Shown: positions 1-12,611 of the stretch, one piece after another | Layout of the letters: every line of letters starts with the position of its first letter | How positions within the stretch are numbered: position 1 is the stretch's first letter | Assembly (NCBI GenBank): GCA_024137785.1 | Contig: JAHRHZ010000061.1 | Coordinates: forward strand, 5,587,050-5,651,049 | From: Ginglymostoma cirratum | Lineage: Eukaryota | Length of the DNA stretch: 64,000 nucleotides | Reading direction: 5' to 3' | Made by a program: the position numbers and the translations under genes | The notes under the pieces: model-generated | What the model was told of the DNA's origin: nothing | The model's database searches: none | The model's input: only the letters and a program-made list of their open reading frames with translations

Positions 1-59
1 ACATGTTAATTTGACTCATGATCACTTTAACTGCTGCTAACAAAAACTTTGCTCCTTGC

Positions 60-600
60 TAAACTGGGATACAAGTCTGTGCAGCAGGTACCCTGAAGGT
101 GTTCTGATTTGTCCACGTTGCAGCAATCCATCATCTCATCTCTCCTGGGTCAAAACCATCTATCAAGACAGGTATTTGGTGACCAGGGGAGCTCCTTCAC
201 TCTTGACCAATTCCGGTGAGGCTGTTATTGAAGCTATGTAGAACTAATCAATGGAAGACGTCCTGAAAACCCATTTTAGTTACCTGGATAAATTCAGTCA
301 AGCACTGCCACAACTTTGAATCAGAATTTCCCAAATAATTGAAGTATATTCTGTGCTTCACAACCTTGTAATGGAGGTTGATTTTCTACTCCTGGAACCC
401 GAATACAATGATGTTATTGACAAGGGAGTAAAAATTATTTCCAAACACTTAGTGAAGAAGAAGTAAAGAAAGTCAAGTAGGAGAGCCAACAACGAGCAAG
501 AAGAAAGCAGTTGAGGATGACTATGCACCCATAGGAAAAGTTGTTGATTGACACCATGGAAGCCACCAATGTCTGTAGGAATTCTTCAATGACAAATCTC
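60..600 (+). mobile_element. PIF/Harbinger DDE transposase (HARBI1-like) fossil
   Basis: Frameshifted motifs IQVCA..RYPEG..LQQS, LGDQG, LKTHFSYLDKFSQALPQ and QIIEVYSVLHNL resemble HARBI-type VCARYPGS.HD, LGD.GYP, LK.RFRCLD.SGGALQY and IIVACCVLHN; followed by a purine-rich acidic-coding tail. Confidence 0.6.
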
Positions 601-1539
601 CGACTGACTAAGTAATCCCTTATGAGTCAGCAGATCAATGTTGGTACTTGTAAGAAAAGATGTAGTAATAGGCTCAGTAAAGATATTTGAAGAATAGCAG
701 TTCCAGAAGTTTTAGCAACTGTTTCTTTGGAAGCATTACAACCGTGAAACTGTTCGAACTACTGTTAAAACTGTTCACCAACTACTTCTAATTTGGAAGA
801 AATAGTCTTTATTCTGGCATTGAAATTGATTTTAAGGTCTAGAGCAATCCGGTCACACCTAAGTTAGTGTAAACCGTTTGATTTTATTGGAACCTCTCCT
901 GGTTTCCTGTTCTGTCTGATGCACGATGTATGTGCCTTGGGCAAGCAATTGAATACTTTCTAACTCAAGTTCTGATCTGCAACTATGGCAATCTTAAACC
1001 TGAAGAAGATAAAATCCAAACTAGAACAATAAAGAACAGATTAGATCATCATCTCTTGAATCAGTCAGCCAAAGTCTTTAACCACAATGCATTCTGCCAT
1101 CATCTGATAACTGGCAACCAAGTCCACGTGGTACTTGGGAGAGTCTCTGCACATACGCTGTTAGCAATTAATTCAGCAATCAGATAAAAAAAAGCACTCC
1201 AAAAAGCATCTTTAATGTATTTCCAGGTACAGTTACAAAATTGCACTGCCAAACCCTACAATATTCTTCTTAAATTATGAGGAAAATTCTAAATGTAACT
1301 ATGGTGAGATTAGATTACTTGAATGCTAAATTAATGTGAAAAGTAAATCTGGTAGATTAGGATAATAGTGTAGCAGTGTCAAAACTAAATTAGATTAAAC
1401 TAATTTCAAAGGACAATAGTAGATATGCCTGTGGGGCCAGCCCGAGTATGGAATTCTTTTCAACCTAACATGAAGGTCCCAAGAATTGTGGAATTTAAAA
1501 GCTGAGATGTGTTTATAGGCTTCTGAATCCACCAAAGAT

Positions 1540-1760
1540 TACATGGTTGTTAAAAGCCTCCCGGTGTTTGAATGGCTTTCCTGCATGCTTCTGTCACTAG
1601 AGGTTTATCAGGGTTTTCCACCAAAAAACTGGGCTTGAAGCTTCATTTGCTATAAGCCAGGTAGAAGAAATCCTTCCCCTTCTGATCCAGGATAAACTCT
1701 GTACCTTAGAGTTTCCTTTGCTTAATACCATCAGGGCCGCAAAATTATCAATTGTTGAAA
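1540..1760 (-). mobile_element. Harbinger Myb/SANT-like ORF fossil (partner of the transposase at 60-600)
   Basis: Minus strand gives degenerate AALMVL..RVYPGSEG..TWLIANEASS..RKAIQ.REAFNN, similar to the MADF/Myb W..IA.EVS..RT..QCRKRFNDL pattern. Confidence 0.4.
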
Positions 1761-2274
1761 TATTGCTCCTAGCCAGCTATAAATTTTTCACTGAACATTA
1801 AAGCTTCAGTATGTGAGGATTTTAGCACCACTAACCCAACCCAAGCCCCACTCCCAAACATGATTGACGTGATGAAGATCTTGTGGCTTACTAGCTAGAT
1901 TTAAACAGGAGGAAGAGGAGCTGGGACCAGAAGAGGCATTTCACATGTTGTGGTGCTCTTTGAGGCCATTTTAACCCTTGGGTATGCACATGAAAACATA
2001 AACCTTCCAAACTTTAGAGACAGGCTCCCAGGCCAACCCTATGATCAGTATGGCTTTTTGATGTTGATGGACAGCCTCTGGCCCAATAATTTTTCACTAA
2101 TTCAGTTACAGCTCACACCCATTTCCAATGGAAAGCAGCCAAGGAGGACTTAAAGCAACGTCAGTTCTGGGGTGGTAGGTGTGTTTCTAACTCACATTGC
2201 TGTCAAATTGCCCAAAGCCCAATTGGAATTAAGTTCAGAACGCTGAATTTCTCCTGCCATTTTGGATGTACACA

Positions 2275-2445
2275 TATACATTCCTTCACTGTGGCTTGGT
2301 CAAAATCCTGGAAATGATGTACCTACACATCATGGCATGCAGTAGTTTAAGCAGTTAGCTCACCACCACCTTCTCCAGGGCAATTAGGGATGGTCAATAA
2401 ATGCTGGCCTTGTCAGGGATGATCACATCCCAAGAATGTACTAAA
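2275..2445 (+). mobile_element. 3' tail fragment of the CR1/Zenon-like LINE family
   Basis: gctcaccaccaccttctccagggcaattagggatggtcaataaatgctggcc is the same tail as at 46480-46570. Confidence 0.7.
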
Positions 2446-4426
2446 AAGGTGTGTATTTTGGCAGATAACTGTAGCTAAGATGTGGGTCCGCCATGATCTA
2501 ATTGAACAGGTTCAAGGAGCTGTGTCGTCCGCTCTTGTTCCTATGTTCTTGCCATTAGCTTATATTCTTATTCTCTCTGCTTTATTTCTGCAATTCAGTA
2601 TATCTCTGCTTTGGTCTCCAAACCTGACATTCATGCTATCATCAGATTATCCACTGCAGCTATAAAGTGCTCAGCATGGGCATTCCATTGGACTTGCTAA
2701 TGGCTGTCTGGATTCAGAGGAAACTAAACGAAGAAAAGAACTCATGTTAATTCCAAAACAAAGTAGCTGGAGTCCAACCACAGTGAAATGCATCACTGCA
2801 ATATGAAAATATCTAAAGGTAGCATTCATCTTTTCAGTAATATAAACCTAGAAATTACCCGCCTTAGCAGATCAACACAGAACATGCTCATCAGACATTC
2901 CACTGTCTGAGATGTTAATGCCACATTAAAATCGTAGACAGGGGAAAATGTCATTTGACTGCATCTGGTGTTCATCTGCTAGTGCCTCCAAAATGTATTT
3001 CTGCATTATACACTCTAAAGCGGTATCATTACTTGATGTCTATTTTCTATCCTACACATTTTTGTTTTAAGTTTCAGAGTTTCCATAGCACCCAAAGTGT
3101 TTGTATTTCGTTGCCAGGGGTTTTGCTGAAATTCTGGAAACGTAGACGAGCAAAGGTCTTCTTGTTAACAGACTCGGCATCATTGAAGTAGCCGTTACTA
3201 TGACTGATCATCAATGAGCCTAGCCTTTGATTTAACCACATTCTAGGAAGTTGAGGGTATCAGGATATTTATTTCATGTTGTAGGAACGATCTTGGTCTC
3301 TTTGTTAGAGTTATTTCCACGGGGACTGAACTCAATGTGAAAAAACCGAACAATGAAACAAATAGCGAAGGATATTAATCTCGCTAAAATGTGCACAATG
3401 TGGCAACCATCTGTCTAAACATCAATGAAGCAGACATTCTGTTGTAAATTTATAATTCAGTTGATCCTTGGCACTTGAAATAATGCATGCAATTATATAA
3501 ATTTCTAGCTATTTACGTCATAAAAATTTATATGAATGTTTTTCCTTATTTCCTTTTGCATAATCATGTTACCCTGGTTCTGTGTTAAGCCTCATTCTAT
3601 GCCTTACTCCGAAAATAGTTAGAAAAATGTTTAATAACATGTAAACTTACCAATAGCCTAGAATCCAACAGTCTCTATTTGTCCTTACCAAGGAAACAAC
3701 CTCTACCAAGAATGACTACAAAGAAAATAGAGTAACATGCTCTAATAAAAAGAGGTTGAAATATATCTAGTTAGAAATAGGAGTCAGAGTTGAGGTTGAG
3801 GAGGAATTGTTCACACCCTGTGTGCAATTTGTGAACTTCTAGAAGGATGATTGAGTCATTCCAGGTTGATAACTAGACAAAGAATGATAACATGGAATGT
3901 ACAGCTTGAAAGGTATCCTGTACCATCACTTAACTTACTCCGTAGGAGAGAAAGGAGTTTTGCAGCGGGTAGGTAAAATGCTGATGCAAGCCACATTCTT
4001 CACTGTACCACCTAACATTTCAAATGAGTAACTGTTCTGTATTCGTTGCTGTGTGCAAAAGCTTTTCTTTGATTGTCAGTGAGGAAAAAGAATTCTCTTC
4101 CAATGCATTTCTGCAACCGCACAGACTTATGTAGAAAGACAGGACGTTGCTCTCCAGTGAGTGCGGAATTTGGCCAGATGGAAGCCTCATGCTTATTTGG
4201 CATGGAAGTGGAGGTGTCAACCATTATTCTACAAGCATCTTGCTGACCGGAGTGAGCTGATCAACATCTCTTCTCTCATCCATATCTCTCCTTTGCAAGG
4301 GTTTGACATTCCTTATCATGGCTTCATTGAGTTCTCCCTATTTGTCCTCAATTACACCTTTCATAGCTTCAGGTTTCTAATTTTTTTGTTACCTAAAGGA
4401 AGGAGGCCAAGAGTGTGCAACTATAG

Positions 4427-4798
4427 TTAACACAGTGTGGAGCTGGAGGAACACAGCAGGCCAGGCAGCATCAGAGCAGCAGGAAAGCTGACATTTCAGG
4501 TCAGGAGCCTTCTTCAGACCCATTTCTGAAGAAGGGTCTCAATCCAAAATGTCAGCTTTCCTGGTCCTCTGATGCTGCCTGGCCTGCTGTGTTCCTCTGG
4601 CTCCACACTGTGTTATCTCTGACTCCAGCATCAGCAGTTCTTACTANNNNNNNNNNNNNNNNNNNNNNNNNNNNNNNNNNNNNNNNNNNNNNNNNNNNNN
4701 NNNNNNNNNNNNNNNNNNNNNNNNNNNNNNNNNNNNNNNNNNNNNNGCTCCACACTGTGTTATCTCTGACTCCAGCATCAGCAGTTCTTACTATCCCT
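4427..4798. mobile_element. Penelope pLTR-derived fold-back element with 16-bp TSD, inserted in a CR1 (contains the N gap)
   Basis: Inverted arms ~4429-4518 and ~4525-4614; TSD gagtgtg(c/t)aact(a/g)tag at 4411-4426 and 4799-4814. Confidence 0.75.
4647..4746. other. assembly gap (100 N) with 47 bp duplicated on both sides
   Basis: 4600-4646 is identical to 4747-4793. Confidence 0.95.
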
Positions 4799-6149
4799 GA
4801 GTGTGTAACTGTAGGCTGATTAGCCTAACATCTATTTGTTGGAAAAGTACTGGAATCAATTATTAAGGAAGTAATAGCAGAACATTTTGAAAATCATAAT
4901 CTAATCAAGCAGAGTCAGCATGGCTTCCTAAATGGGAAATCATATCTGACTAATTTGAGTATTTCAAGAACGTCTCAACCAGAGTGGATCGAACAAAGCC
5001 AATAGATGTGTCATATTTGGACTTTCAGAAGGTATTCAACAAGGTATTTCACGAAAGATTAAGTTATAAGGGCCTGTGGTGCTAGAAGTGGTGCATTGGC
5101 ATGGATAGAAAATTGGCCAAGCGTGGAAGCTGGGGATAAGGGATTCTTTTTCAGATTGGTGACCTGTAATTAGTGGGTTCCACTGGGATCAGGACTGGGA
5201 TCATAACTGTTTACCATATATCTTAATGGGAAGGGAGTAAATGTAGCCAAGTTTGTGGATGATATGAAAATAGATGGAAAGGCAAATTGTGAAAGGGAAA
5301 CAAACTGTTTGAAGAGAAATATTGAGAGATAAGTAAGTGGGCAAAAAGTTGGGAAATTGAGAATAATATGGGACAATGTGAAGTTGTTCATTTTGGAAGA
5401 GAGATCAAAAGAACAGTATTAGTTAAATGGAGAAAAAACTGCAGAAAGCTGCAACGCACAAGGATGATGGGCATGAAACACAGAAAACTAGCACACGTGC
5501 ACAGGTAAGCAGGAACGCTAATGGAATGTAGGCCCTTATTTCAAGGGATTGGAGTATAAGAGTAGGGAAGTCTAAGTGCTGGTGGGACAACATCTTGAGT
5601 ACTGAGAACAGTTCTGTCCCTTTATTTAAGGAAACATATCAGTTCATTGGAGACAATTCAGAGAAGATTCACTAGAATAATCCCTGGTATGGAGGGGTTG
5701 TCTTATAGGCAAAGACTAAACAGGTTGAGTCTATATTTATTGGAATTCAGAAGAATGAAAGGTGATTGCATTGAAATGTAAAGCATTCTTTAAGGGGCTT
5801 GACAGGGTAAATGCTAAGAGAATGTTTCCCCTCATGGGAGAGTCAAGGACCAGGGGGCATATTCTCAGAATTAAGGAGCACCGATTTAAGAGGGAGATGA
5901 GGAAGAATTTCCTCTTTCAGAGGGTTGTCAGTCTTTGGAATTCCTTGACACAGACAGCCACGAGAGCAGAGTCCTTGCATATATTTAAGGCTGAGATAGG
6001 TAGATTCTTGATCAAGGGATATGAAGAAAGGGCAGGAAAGCGGACCTGAGAAATGTCAGAGCAGCCATGATTCTATTGTAGGGCTGAGCAGCCAAATGGC
6101 CTACTCCTGTTTCTATTTCTTAAGATCTTAAGATACTATTAAGGTAGTT

Positions 6150-8140
6150 GAGCATACGAGTTCCCACTTGATGTAATTCTGGGAGCCACCCTCACTCCTG
6201 TGTAAGAAAGGGCGGGGCACCATTGTAAATTGCCAATGTCAGCAACACAAATGTTTACCTCCAACCAAGAAAGCCGTTAAACCTACCCGTATTGTGGACA
6301 GCGGACTGACTGGAGGAAACATCGCTAATCTCATTCCAGAGATGGATATTGCAATTTGAAGGAGAACCAAAGGAGGCAGCTTGTTTTTACTCTCAGCAAG
6401 TCCAGGATAACATCCAGTAAAGATGATGATGATGGGAGTTCTGCCACACATGGCATGTGACACTGATATTGACAAGTATGTTATAACTGGCGTGAATGTT
6501 CAAGGAAAGTGATTGTTTGTGTGGGTAAAAGATCAGCTCAATTCCCTGTTACTCAAAAATTTCTCAGGACTTGTACAAGCTGACACAAGCTGAGCCCCAT
6601 TTTCCGATCTTGTAATGCACTGCTCCTGCTTCCAAGGACACCAGGAGATCTCTCAATATGTTCAAGCCTTAATACGTATGCTCAACTAACAGGTATTGTG
6701 ACCTGGTGAGTCACAGAATTGTGACTAAAGATGACTGTCCAATAAAGGGGAATTCCAAAACTGGGGCGGCACAGTACCTATGTAATTAGCACTGCTGTCT
6801 CGCAGTGCTGGAGACCCAGGACCCTCGGGCGACTGTCTGTGTGGAGTTTGCACATTCTCCCCGTTTCTGCATAAGTTTCCTCTGGGTGTTGCAGTTTCCT
6901 CCCACGGTCCAAAGATGTGCAGGCTGGGTGGATTGGCCATGCTAAATTGCCCATAATGTTCAGGGATGTGTAGATTAAGTGGGTTATAAGTGGATGGGTC
7001 TGGGTGGGACGCTCTGAGGGTTGGTGTAGACTTGTTGGGCCGAAGGGCCTGTTTCCACACTCTAGGGATTCTATGAATGAATGAATGCTATGAATTACCT
7101 GCAGAGAACTTTGGGATGAGACATCATCTGAGAGTTATCAAGTCAGTATGCCTCTTCCATAGTCCTTCTGAGGAAGGAAATTGAGGATCAGTGTCAATTA
7201 CCAAGCACTCAATGCAAAGATTCATAAGGATGCTTAGCCTCTACCTAGGATTGAGAAGCATTGCAAATTCTCAAAGGTGCGAAGTATTTTTGCAGTCTTG
7301 ATTTGGCCCACAGTTATAACAAGCTACCCATTGCTGAACAAGACATTGGAAAAAATAATATTCTAAGTGGGCACCATGGAACGTTACAAATACACAGGAA
7401 TGATGTTTGGACTTTGTAATGCTGCTGCCACTTGCATGCGTATGAATGAATAAAGTTTTTGATGACCTTAATTTCCGGTCTGTCCTTGTGTACCAGGAGC
7501 ATATACTTGTCTTCAGTTTGACATTCCACGAGATCATGAAAGACTAGACGGTTCTTGTGGCCTATTTGTCACACGTTAACTTGAAAGTCAAACCAAAGCA
7601 GTACCAACTTTTCTGGACAAAACTACAGAATTTTGGGCACTTTGTTAGCCAGGTAGGTATTGCTCCTGATGATGCAAAATCCAAGGGGTACAAGGGTGTC
7701 AGCCTAAGTTGGGGAGGGATATGTGTGGTCTTCATAGTCTAGCCAGTTACAGTAGGAGGCTTGTGCAAGGCTCTACCAGTTGCCTGTCCTACTCCATGGC
7801 TTGCTGAGTAAATCAGGAACAGCTAGTGGAAGAGTACATTCAAGGTGAGAGACTTCAAGAAAAATTATAGGGAGCTGGATCCCAGAATATGAAGATTCTT
7901 TTTGTAAAAGTTTGTTTCATCTCCTGAGCTTAGCTACCCAGATTTCCATCTTCCTTCCATACTGGAAACCAATGTCAGTTTCTTTGGCCTAGGAGCAGTG
8001 CTATTATGCTTCCAAAGGTAGAAAAGTGTGTTTAGTGTTATGCCAGTTGGAGTCTCAAGCCAAATGAGAGAAATATGGAGAAATTCAGTATGAACTCAAA
8101 ATTGCTTTGAACTGATCTATTTCCCAGAAGTTCAGAGACA
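6150..8140 (+). mobile_element. Gypsy LTR-retrotransposon internal fossil (protease-RT-RNaseH), interrupted by an HE1 SINE
   Basis: IVDSG protease motif ~6290; SQYASSIVL..., VNYQALNAKIHKDA*PLPRIE, GAKYFCSLDLAH, NLKVKPK..FGHFVSQVGIAPDD, LSYPDFHLPSILETNVSFFGLGAVL. Confidence 0.85.
6762..7080 (+). mobile_element. HE1-type tRNA-derived V-SINE
   Basis: gggcggcac...gcactgctgtctcgcag; V-domain gtgtggagtttgcacattctccccg; CR1-like tail gaagggcctgtttccacactctagggattctatga. Confidence 0.9.
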
Positions 8141-8605
8141 TGCAGAGGCTCTATGTGTGAATAATGTCTCCTCTCATTCTTCTGGATTCCAATGAGTACA
8201 AGACCAACCTACTCAATCTCTCCTCATATCAACAAACTGACCCTTCTCCAAGGGGACCAAGATTGTTCACAATATTCCAGCTAAGGCCTGACTTGAGTCT
8301 TGTATGGTTTTAGCACGATTTCTCTATTTTTACATTCCATTTTCTTAGAAATAATGGCCAACATTCCTTTCACCTCCCCCTTCACCCACTGAAATGAATG
8401 CTAGCTTTATGTGATTCACGCACGAGGATCCCCAAACACCTTTGTACTGCAGTGATCTGCCGTCTCTCTCCATTTAAATAATTTCCAGCTTTTCTATCTT
8501 TATGCCAAACTGCATAGCCTAATTTTTTCCACATTGCCAAGCTTTTCCCCAATCAATTAACCTGCCTATATCTCTCTGCAGACTTTCTGTGCCCTCCTCA
8601 CCACA
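8140..8605 (-). mobile_element. CR1 LINE fragment
   Basis: Reverse complement matches CR1 RT C-terminal sequence also seen at 5300-5750. Confidence 0.75.
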
Positions 8606-10329
8606 AATATGTTGCATGTAATTGCAGGCAGAGGATCACAAGCCTTAAGTCACAATATGCAAAATGACCTATTCAATATGTTAAGCATCTCGAGGGTACC
8701 TTGCAGCTGCTTTATTATCTCTGATATAGTGGGGAAGGGATGTGACGCAAATAGAGGGTAACAAGGCAGAGATATTTGCTGTGATGTATTGACCTAAATT
8801 AGAGGAGGTGGATGTGTTTGTGCCAGATCTTAATGAGTAATGCTGATATTTTTGGAGTAGAATTCAGATGCAATTTTTTTCTGTAATGAGTTAGAGGCCT
8901 TTAACAGTTTATTCCCTTATGATTACCATCCCAAATACATCTCACGTAAAGTCAGCTGGAGGTGATTTCACGCCTGCATATTTTAAGGGAAGGATGTTTG
9001 CATCAGAGGAAACTATAAGGCTATGAGCAGAAAACAGGGCAATGAGATTAGTTTTGGATTGCTCGGGAAAAATTCCACCAGAAGAAAATTAGTTGATATT
9101 GCATTCTGTCTTACAGATAATATGCAGAATACCTTTAAAAGATATATCCATGATATCATTATTGTACATAGCATGTGACCTGAAAGTATAAACATCTCAG
9201 ATTTCATCTTGATTGCTTGAAGCATGACATGTTGGTGAGACACATGCTACTGTTTGTAAACAAAGAGCCCAGATACTGAAATGCCTGCAACTGTATATCA
9301 AGACCTTCATAAATTTATTTTTCAATCCCATTCTACCCACGCATATTAATATAAACTAATATAAACATTGACACCTTGGTTTCAAGTACACTGCTAGAGG
9401 CAAAGCCCACACCTCGGTGAGCAGCAACTTACAGAAGAGTCCAAGTTCTCAATGGTAGATATTTGGAAACCTGATTCAACATCAACTCGTTGATAGTCTT
9501 CAAACCAATTCTTGTGAGTAGAGATTTGTAAATTCAGCAACCTGAAAGGACTACCTATTTCCTACTTGAAATATCAATTCTGACAAGCCTATAAATTTTG
9601 TCTTTACCAAAAAATCTCCCATCTACTGTTTTCTGATTTAAATGTTAAAAGACACAATCAAAGTCTTCTTACAGCTTAGTTATTGAAGTATTATGAATGT
9701 GTTTACAATACTGAAAGGTGTTTTTCTAAACTAAGGAAACTTACCTGTGTGCAAAGGTTCATTGTTTCTGCCATTTCTTCTCCCATTTCTATGCCAGGAC
9801 AGACAGAGGTCCCTGTGCTGTCATAATTCCTTATTTGGCTTGATTTCCATCTTGTGACAGCAATGTGATACCACAGGCTTCTACCCTTATTTGAAGCAAA
9901 AGCTTTATGATGTTTAAAGCTTATTAATATGGCAGCAACAATGAAAAAAAGTAAAACAAAAGTAAAAAGGAAAAAATAAAAGAGTTGAAAAGCAAAATAC
10001 GTGAAAAAAATCCTGCCCTCTACTAATAAGTAAAACCAAGCTCTTCCACAAGTAATGCAATGTTGACACTTAAATATGGATTGTGCAGCCAACGATATAT
10101 ACATACAAACAAGGAACAAGAGTTAGCCACTTGGTCCTTTCAGCCTGTTCCACTATTCAATAAGGTCGTGGCTGATCTGATTTTAACCTCAACTGTACAA
10201 TCCTGCATACCCCTGATAATCTTTCATCTCGTTGGTAATTAATAATCTATCTACGTCTAGCTTAGAAATTTCCACTTCCACTGCCTTTTGAGGAAATAAA
10301 GAAAAAATGACATATACAATTTTACTTTA

Positions 10330-12560
10330 CAGATCAAGTGTTAGATGATCCTGTGAAGAGATCTCTGAAAATCTTACCACCAACAGATGGGTTTTGCCAA
10401 ATGAACACTTCTGGTCTTTCTGTTGAAGATCAGAAAAATCCAGAACTGGCACTTGCAGACCAGCTCAAGAATTAACGTCTGGATTAATAGACTCTAACTG
10501 ATGCAATACAGACATTATTGCCAAAAGTCAATTGATGAGTTTGTTGCAAAATACTGTAGCAAAGAATGTGTGTGATTTCTCTGAAGATGATCTCTGATAA
10601 GGTCATCAAGTTAGTAATTGCCTCTCTGTTGTTACAATTAGCAAAGTACACCAAACCCGCAAGATCTGCAACTGATGCAGTTTCTTGCACCTACCAAAAA
10701 GCTATCCAGCAGTTCTTTTCATCTACAAAACATGTTGTGCACAATAACAATGGGAATACGTGCAGGAAATCTGGTCCCAAATGCCAAGCCAACCCCAGAA
10801 CAGAACAAAGTGACCATCCAAATGCAACAACTCCACAATACAGGCAGAAAAGAACGTCTAAAGAAAATGCACAAGTGCAAAAACATCAATAAAGGCAGAC
10901 AATTCAGGAAAAGACAAATTCTGGAAAATGACTAAGCTTTCCATATCATTAATAACACACAGCATGATGACAGCACCAGATCAGTAACTTTTATGACCAT
11001 AACATCATACATCCTGACAAGGCAGATTAACACCTTAAATTCTGAAATGAATACAGGAACTGATGCAACAAATTAGGACTACACATCCTGAAAGACATGT
11101 AGCTCAGCAAGTGGTGCTCCATGGTATGTGAGACCTTCTCACACATACAATGGTCCACCAGTCCTGTACACTGTAGCACCAGTACACAAGCTAATTATGG
11201 CTTCCGGAAAGGTTCGACCTAGTGGATCCCAATGGTCCAGCAGTGACAAGGCTACTACCATAACAGATCTCAGTATAGTTATAGTTCATCAGTGTCATAC
11301 CACACCCCACTGTGGTAGAATAGACAACTCATGACACTATTGAATCAGCTGAAATTGAAGACATTATTTCAGTAGATATGTTACAATTCAGTCAGAGAAG
11401 GGTGAGCAGTTGCAATTAGCAGCTACCAAAAATGAACGACTAGAGGAGTTGCAAAAGACTGCTATCCAGGGATGGCCTGGCAGTACTAAAGACATTCCTG
11501 AGAAGATTTGTTCATTTTGACTATGCAGAGGTTAACTTGATTTATCACAGCAAGTTATTTTCAAGGGCAAACAAGTCCTAATTCCAAGATCATTACATCA
11601 GCATATCATGACCATGTTATATCAAGGACACATAAGTATTGAACACACAGACATCTAGCAGTGAATCTGTGAGTTTGCCAGGGATGAATCATGATATTCA
11701 ATGCCTGGTGACTGTTTGACAGGCATGTCAAATGTATCAACCCCAGCAGTAGCGGAAGCCTCTACATCCAAATGATTTTCCAACTAGTCTTTGGATAAAT
11801 AAAGTCACAGATCTATACAAAGTGCTAGGGAAGGTTACTTCTCCAAATTTCCCATTGTTTGATGACTTAGCAACACAATAAGTGCAACCATCTGTGACAC
11901 AATGACTGTTATTTTCATCTATTCGGTCAGATCTAATAGATGGTGTGAGGAAGTGACCCATATCCCATTGTTACTCAACGGCCTTCCCTAAAATGGTCTT
12001 GTGGAACATATGGTATGCAATAGCAAGTCAATGATCATCAAATATTGAGCGACAAAACAAGATCTTTGCCTTGCGTTGCAGCATTTTCATGCAACACTAC
12101 AGAAGAAGGAAGTAGTAATCTCACTCAAAATTTGATCAGATGGCTAGCGTGGACAATCTTGCCCAGCAACCAATTATCTAAGCATTTTGAAACACGGATA
12201 TTATTCTTCAAAGTCAAAGGAGACTGAAAGAGATACATGACCAGCCAGCAAATAAAAAACTACCACAACTGTACAGTGAGCACAGGGTACAAGTCAGAAA
12301 TATAAATACAAATATTTGGATGCCAAAGGTTTCTAAAATATGCAACATTGAAAAGGAAGTGAAGCCAGCTTAGACCACTGTATGGCGCATCAATCATGTA
12401 TAAAGGGAGAAGGGAAAAACAAGTTTGATAATGATGATTGTGTGGTGATGTTGAGTGACAGCCTCTAGCAGCAAATGAATTAAGTTGTCAAACTGACCAC
12501 AACATGTACTTCTCTGGTTTATGATCACCAGATCAGGACAAGTTGTCAAATCTCCAAAGC
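10330..12560 (+). mobile_element. Gypsy (K02A2.6-like) fossil: gag-protease-integrase, with no recognisable RT/RNaseH
   Basis: CDFSED..SDKVIKLVIAS (gag), MNTGTDA (protease-like), IQGWPGSTKDIPEK, VIFKGKQVLIPRSL..LYQGHISIE, PGMNHDI, ACQMYQPQQ (integrase zinc region), C-terminal TRSGQVVKSP. Confidence 0.8.
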
Positions 12561-12611
12561 TTGAAAGCTTGAAATGTTAATCTTGTAATCTCTGCTAGTA
12601 TAATTATTGAC

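Larger units (their letters stand above)
4390..6135 (+). mobile_element. CR1 (HER1-like) LINE, 5'-truncated RT to 3' end, degenerate
   Basis: YLDFQK, SG.P.GS.LG, KF.DD remnants; ORF 5762-6049 is a typical CR1 C-terminus (MFPLMGESRTRGH..RVVSLWNSL). Confidence 0.9.

Noticed and set aside
4600-4793. 47-bp direct repeat flanking the N run
   Set aside because: Exact duplication on both sides of a 100-N gap is most likely an unmerged contig overlap, not biology.
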